Below are positions 26,992-32,000 of a stretch of 32,000 bases of DNA, piece after piece (the stretch's first letter is position 1; every line of letters begins with the position of its first letter). Both the position numbers and the translations under genes were made by a program. The notes below the pieces were generated by a model that ran no database searches, was not told the origin of the DNA, and worked only from the letters and a program-made list of their open reading frames with translations. The DNA comes from Zymomonas mobilis subsp. mobilis ATCC 10988 (GTDB lineage Bacteria; Pseudomonadota; Alphaproteobacteria; Sphingomonadales; Sphingomonadaceae). The DNA lies in assembly GCF_000175255.2 (NCBI RefSeq), contig NC_017180.1:480-32479 (forward strand), read 5' to 3'.

Positions 26992-27816
26992 TTAATTTTG
27001 CGCGTCCATCCAGTGGCTGATGGCACCCACCACACTATCTTCAATACCGTAATAACCATGCGGTGTGAGCGATCCACAAGCCTTAGTTGATTTGTTTATA
27101 CCCCCAGAGACAATAAGCACATGCACGTTTCTGCTGGCAGTCATCGCGGCTGCGATCTGGTTTGCAGCTTTAGGGGGCGCTACTTTACAGCGATCGTCCC
27201 TGTTGGCGACTACTAAGACAGGTATACTAACATGCTGCGGATCAGCATCAAAAACTGTCTCGCCACTACCGCCCATTACCGAAACGGATTCAGTAAGTAC
27301 TAAGCCAGCGATACTGCCCGGCGCGGCGTGTGCTGCACCATTCACCGCCGCAATTGTTCCTTGGCTCGTGCCAAGCAGGAACACAGGAGTTGTCCCATGT
27401 AAGTGAGCAAACTTAACAAGGTCATCAACTATATGCCCATAAATGGATGAACTGCGTACACCGCGTAAGTTGGCATGATCAGTCGAATCTGGGATAAGCA
27501 CTGCATAACCTCGCCGATTCCATAGTGCGCGGGTTCGTATCAAAAAGTTTTTATTGTGCCTAATGTGGCCGTCTTGTTCTAGACCTATATTTCCAGTTCC
27601 ACCGGGAAGCATTACAATCGTTCCCCGCGCGGATAGGGGTGTAGAAAGTAAAACTCTCTGATAATTTCCTTCTCTTAATGGCAGGTTGAATATCTGTTCG
27701 GACACCATCCGATGATCTTGCCGTAGAGCATCTCGAGCTAGCGCTGTAACCGGAATTAACATCATGCTAAGCGCGAATAATACGACTAGATAAAATGGGG
27801 AGGGATTTCTTTTCAT
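26992..27816 (-). CDS. Secreted alpha/beta-hydrolase-like protein
   Basis: 274 aa. Signal peptide FYLVVLFALSMMLIPVTALA, GTIVMLPGGTGNIG, nucleophile-elbow VFLLGTSQGTIAA, VLVVANRDDRC, SLTPHGYYGIE. Confidence 0.85.
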   Translation of the reverse strand: MKRNPSPFYLVVLFALSMMLIPVTALARDALRQDHRMVSEQIFNLPLREGNYQRVLLSTPLSARGTIVMLPGGTGNIGLEQDGHIRHNKNFLIRTRALWNRRGYAVLIPDSTDHANLRGVRSSSIYGHIVDDLVKFAHLHGTTPVFLLGTSQGTIAAVNGAAHAAPGSIAGLVLTESVSVMGGSGETVFDADPQHVSIPVLVVANRDDRCKVAPPKAANQIAAAMTASRNVHVLIVSGGINKSTKACGSLTPHGYYGIEDSVVGAISHWMDAQN

Positions 27817-29815
27817 TTTTTCCTATTGCACTATCGTGATTTTGTAAGCGCTAAGCAAACAGATAGTTTATATGGAAGCAATATGGGGCTCCCGTAGTTC
27901 GACTTTAATCATCAGGTCAGCGGAATACAATAAACTAAGGATAAGAAGCCTTTTAGCTATTCTATCAACTTGAATCATCGCATTTTGGTAGAGAAATCTT
28001 GTTCCAAGAGCTTTTTAAATAGCCCTGTTGGGTGCCAATTAATAAAGGCTGATCAATTGCAATCCTACCTAAAACAACGACAGGAATAGATCCTGCATAT
28101 TCTTGAGCTAATTTCGTGATCTCACAGCAATGGAGGCCGAAACACAATAGCCATACCATAACCCGATGATTTTTTCGCAAAAAAAAAGAAAGTCTCAAAA
28201 CCCATAATCAGAGGCTATGTCATCAGGATTCTACGAAAAATGATTTTGACCTGTTTGGCGTGGTAACCCCACCCAAGCCCTCGGCGTAGAGGTGTCGCTT
28301 TTTATGCACTTTCTGACCTTATGCAGGATAGCCATAAATAACCTAAAATGCTGCCTTAAAATAGCTTTATTCAATGAAATACGGCCGAAAATATTTTATG
28401 CATATTTATGCAGCCTTGTCCATTGGTAGCTCCCCCTATTTTCCTGTTAAAATACTCCTTGTTTCTCAAAAGCTATGTCCTCTTTTTTATCCTCAGGATT
28501 AGGCTTCAGTTAGCTATGAGTAGAGGAATTGAAAAAGAGAACGTGTGGGAAAAATCAGACTATAGCAAGCAGCTAGTAAGAAGAATCAGAGAAATGCAAT
28601 GGAATATACAGGCTGGATAGAAGTTTGGATCTTCACCTGTTTAGTAAATCAGCCCTTCATTACAGAAGAAGATCGAGGGATAGAGGTTATATTCTGCATC
28701 ATCCATTTTTAGTCAAGATTTATGGACAGAAGATTGTAAGCCCAAAAAGCATTAGGATGTCTTCTCAGAGTAAAATTAAAATACTTCCTCTTCTTGGTCC
28801 ACTGGTCACATACCTTCTTTCTTGCTGTAGAGGTCTCTCTGGGCTGATGATGTATAGACAGCTTTTGGCTTTCGGAAAGGTATATCTCTTAGCTATAGCC
28901 GATGAAGTGGATCAATTCTTTTTAAAGAAGCAGTATCAAAACCCATTGGTTGATATAAAAATATCAAGAGAGGTATTTTTTTATTATACCCTTAGCGTTC
29001 GGTAGACCAACCCTAGCCCCCGCGCCATAGATATCGCTTTTCTACGCATTTTTTAGTTCGACGCAAGTAACAAAATATCGCATTAAATAGCCCTTAAAAC
29101 GCAAAGTTTTTTAGAAAAATACCCATTTTTGCTGTTCGCAAAATTACGCATGCTCAACGCATTTTGTAAATAGTAAAAAACGGGCAAAAAAATGCTTATT
29201 TTCTCAAAACCGCTCTTGAGAAAAAGCTGATAAGAGGGCTACTTGGTTAGCCCTGCCATAGCTAACAGTCTGTTCGGATAGGAAAACGATGTTGAGTAGA
29301 GTTCTTCCTGAATTGATCTGTTTAAGCCATTGATAGGCATGTTAAATTTTGCTTGTCGCTATCTTTTGTCAGAATTTACCCAAATCTCTTTAAGATTATC
29401 CTGATACTGGAGTTCGTCTGGGATCTTTGGGAAAAATAGAAAGATCTGCTATGTTATTATGAGGATAATGCTTTCATTAGATCAGCTAATCGATATCGGG
29501 TATGGAATTATAGTGAAAGCCCCTCCGTTTCATCTCAACCTTCACAGGTTGTTTTTTGCTTGTCTGTGTAGCTTTTAGCTATTTTTATTAAACTAAGACC
29601 TCTCAAATATATTATACAATGACCGAACCTAGAGCTGCATATCGGCATATTCTAAAAATAACCCCGATATTTTTTTCTCATTTTTCAGTGAGCTCTGATA
29701 TTGTTGTTCAAGTGAATTTTGCTATTCATAGTATATCTTTCGTCTACTCTATTAATCATCTTAAGAAAAATGACACGCTACAGTGTCACGTAAATTTATG
29801 ATTACTTTTGGCTTT

Positions 29816-30135
29816 GGGTACAGCCTATTTTGGCAGCTATTGCTACAGGATACGTTATGCACGTCGATAGCTATAACAAACTATATGCTGCTGTTAGTAA
29901 CAAAAATAATACCCGCGATAATGCGATGCTATTGCCTTCCATGGCAAGGTCAAACAATAGAAGTTATTCCGAAGATGAGGTTGATTTGGCCATCAATTAC
30001 CTTTCAAATTATTCATTACCGTCATCAGGATTCTATAACCTTATAGAGATGATCAATGACTCAAAAGACGAAGCATTTGGAGCTACGGCCATTCGTAAAC
30101 CATCTGACCAGCTCACTGAGGTTGAAAAGATCTAA
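29816..30135 (+). CDS. Hypothetical protein, low support
   Basis: GYVMHVDSYNKLYAAVSNKNNTRDNAMLLPSMARSNNRSYSEDEVDLAINYLSNYSLPSSGFYNLIEMINDSKDEAFGATAIRK has protein-like composition but no family match. The start is uncertain. Confidence 0.3.
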
Positions 30136-30398
30136 GTTTTATCAATTATATACCCTCAGGTGGCTAAAAAAGTTCGTTAAGTTTAAAGCTGCAGGTAGCG
30201 TTGACGAGCTAGCTGCAATGATATCAACGAAACTGTAGGCTGCTACGAATAGGCTAAAAAAACCGAGGACATTAACCTTCAGAAAGAGGGGCTATAACCA
30301 TCTGATAATATATTCATATTTCTTGAAAAGAAGGCCAATCTTGATAAGACTGTAAACACTTAATTTACTGAATAAGATACAGATAAGGATTCTTTGGC

Positions 30399-31991
30399 AT
30401 GGCTCGCAGTCGTCTATCTAAAAATTCGGATGTAGCTCCAGCTTCCAAGCAAGCAAGCAAGGCCAAGACAGCGACTGCGACATTAGGATTTGAACAGCAG
30501 ATGTTTCTTGCTGCTGACAAGCTGCGCAAGAACCTTGAACCCTCAGATTACAAGCATGTTGCTCTTGGCCTAATCTTTCTGCGCTATATCTCCACTGCCT
30601 TTGAAGCCCGCCATGTTGCCTTGATGCTAGACGATCCCGCAGCAGCGGAAGACCCAGACGAATATCTAGCTGAAAATATCTTCTGGGTGCCGGAGACTGC
30701 TCGTTGGTCTCATCTTAGGGATAATGCCCGCTCCCCTAGCATCGGTAAGATAATTGATGAAGCCATGCTGGCCATTGAAAAAGCCAATCCGGAACAGCTC
30801 AAGGGTGTTCTCCCCAAGGATTACGGGCGGCCTGCCCTTGATAGCGTGATGCTGGGTGAGTTGATAGACCTGATCTCCGACATAGGCATGGGCGATACGG
30901 ACGACAAGGCGCGGGACGTGTTGGGTCGGGTCTATGAATACTTCCTTGGCGGGTTTGCTGGAGCTGAAGGCAAGCGCGGGGGCGAGTTTTACACGCCGTC
31001 CAGCGTGGTACGCACGCTAGTTTCCATGCTCGAACCCTACAAGGGCCGGGTGTATGACCCATGCTGTGGCTCTGGTGGTATGTTCGTGCAGTCTGAACGC
31101 TTTGTGGAAACCCATGGTGGCAAGCTGGGTGACATTGCCATTTACGGGCAGGAAAGCAACCACACTACGTGGCGTCTGGCTCGCATGAACCTTGCTGTGC
31201 GGGGTATTGGCGCGGATATCCGCTGGAACAATGAAGGCAGCTTTCTGCGCGATGAACTAAAAGACCTGCGCTTTGACTATATTCTGGCCAACCCGCCCTT
31301 TAACGTGTCGGACTGGTGGAATGCGTCACTAGAGGAAGACCCGCGCTGGCAGTATGGCAAACCGCCAGCAGGCAATGCCAACTATGCGTGGCTCCAACAT
31401 ATCCTGTGGCATCTGGCCCCCGACGGTACCGCTGGCGTGGTGCTGGCCAATGGTTCCATGTCCTCAAACCAGAACAGCGAAGGGGAAATTCGCCGCCGGA
31501 TGGTGGAAGCAGATGTTGTGGACTGCATGGTCGCCCTGCCCGGTCAGCTTTTTTATTCCACCCAGATTCCGGCCTGCCTGTGGTTCCTCACCCGCACCAA
31601 GAAGCAAAAAGGCTGGCGAGATCGGGGCGGAGAAATCCTGTTTATTGATGCCCGCAAGCTGGGCAAGCTTGTGGACCGCACCCGCCGGGAACTGACAGAC
31701 GAGGACGTGGCCCGCATTGCCGACACCTACCACGCATGGCGTGGAGAAAAGGACGCGGGCACATATGAGGATATTTCCGGTTTTTGCAAATCCGCTACAC
31801 TGGATGAAGTGGCGCATCAAGGCTTTGTGCTAACACCGGGCCGCTACGTGGGAGCAGAGGAAGTCGAAGAAGACAGCGTGCCATTTACTGAACGCTTCGC
31901 AGCCCTTGAGAAGACCCTGAAGGAGCAGTTTGCGCAGGGTGAAGCACTGAACGCGAAAATCATTGGCTCTTTGCGTCTAATTATACGATAA
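30399..31991 (+). CDS. hsdM: Type I restriction-modification methyltransferase subunit HsdM
   Basis: 530 aa. [78 protein letters not shown], the NPPF motif in [15 protein letters not shown], and [14 protein letters not shown]. Confidence 0.97.
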   Translation: MARSRLSKNSDVAPASKQASKAKTATATLGFEQQMFLAADKLRKNLEPSDYKHVALGLIFLRYISTAFEARHVALMLDDPAAAEDPDEYLAENIFWVPETARWSHLRDNARSPSIGKIIDEAMLAIEKANPEQLKGVLPKDYGRPALDSVMLGELIDLISDIGMGDTDDKARDVLGRVYEYFLGGFAGAEGKRGGEFYTPSSVVRTLVSMLEPYKGRVYDPCCGSGGMFVQSERFVETHGGKLGDIAIYGQESNHTTWRLARMNLAVRGIGADIRWNNEGSFLRDELKDLRFDYILANPPFNVSDWWNASLEEDPRWQYGKPPAGNANYAWLQHILWHLAPDGTAGVVLANGSMSSNQNSEGEIRRRMVEADVVDCMVALPGQLFYSTQIPACLWFLTRTKKQKGWRDRGGEILFIDARKLGKLVDRTRRELTDEDVARIADTYHAWRGEKDAGTYEDISGFCKSATLDEVAHQGFVLTPGRYVGAEEVEEDSVPFTERFAALEKTLKEQFAQGEALNAKIIGSLRLIIR

Positions 31992-32000
31992 GGTCGAACT

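Noticed and set aside
28408-29005. Two predicted ORFs (28408..28620 and 28625..29005)
   Set aside because: Neither has a recognisable domain and both have atypical composition, so they were not listed as genes.
31316-31820. ORFs 31316..31648, 31354..31695 and 31464..31820 overlapping hsdM
   Set aside because: Out-of-frame or antisense readings of the conserved HsdM coding region.

Overview
The window looks like most of a roughly 33 kb or larger circular plasmid from an alphaproteobacterium; gene content and AT-rich intergenic regions resemble Zymomonas-type plasmids (inference). It carries a type I restriction-modification system split across the window ends: NTase-hsdS and hsdR at the left edge, hsdM at the right edge. 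Housekeeping functions include a ParA/RHH partition locus with ten perfect 8-bp repeats and a probable Rep protein. Cargo includes a TonB-dependent receptor divergent from a Tat-signal aminotransferase, and a dense set of defence and addiction genes. The strongest find is at 21539..23895: an adenosine-deaminase-like gene, a HAM1/ITPase-like gene and a SIR2-like gene. This matches the composition of the recently described Kongming (KomA/KomB/KomC) dITP-signalling anti-phage system. Here komA is divergent, and the HAM1-like protein has apparently lost canonical catalytic residues (VEDT->VEQT, SHR->SMR). Other defence candidates are a single-polypeptide AAA-ATPase plus TOPRIM-like protein (12636..14234, fused PARIS/OLD-like), an Abi_2/HEPN-like protein (19167..19841) and a nucleotidyltransferase domain fused in frame to HsdS. 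Addiction modules are RelBE-like, DinJ-YafQ-like and a decayed BrnT with intact BrnA-like antitoxin. Several decayed genes were also recognised: two IS5-family transposases, a second HsdR fragment, a cN-I 5'-nucleotidase with one in-frame stop, and an XRE antitoxin remnant.
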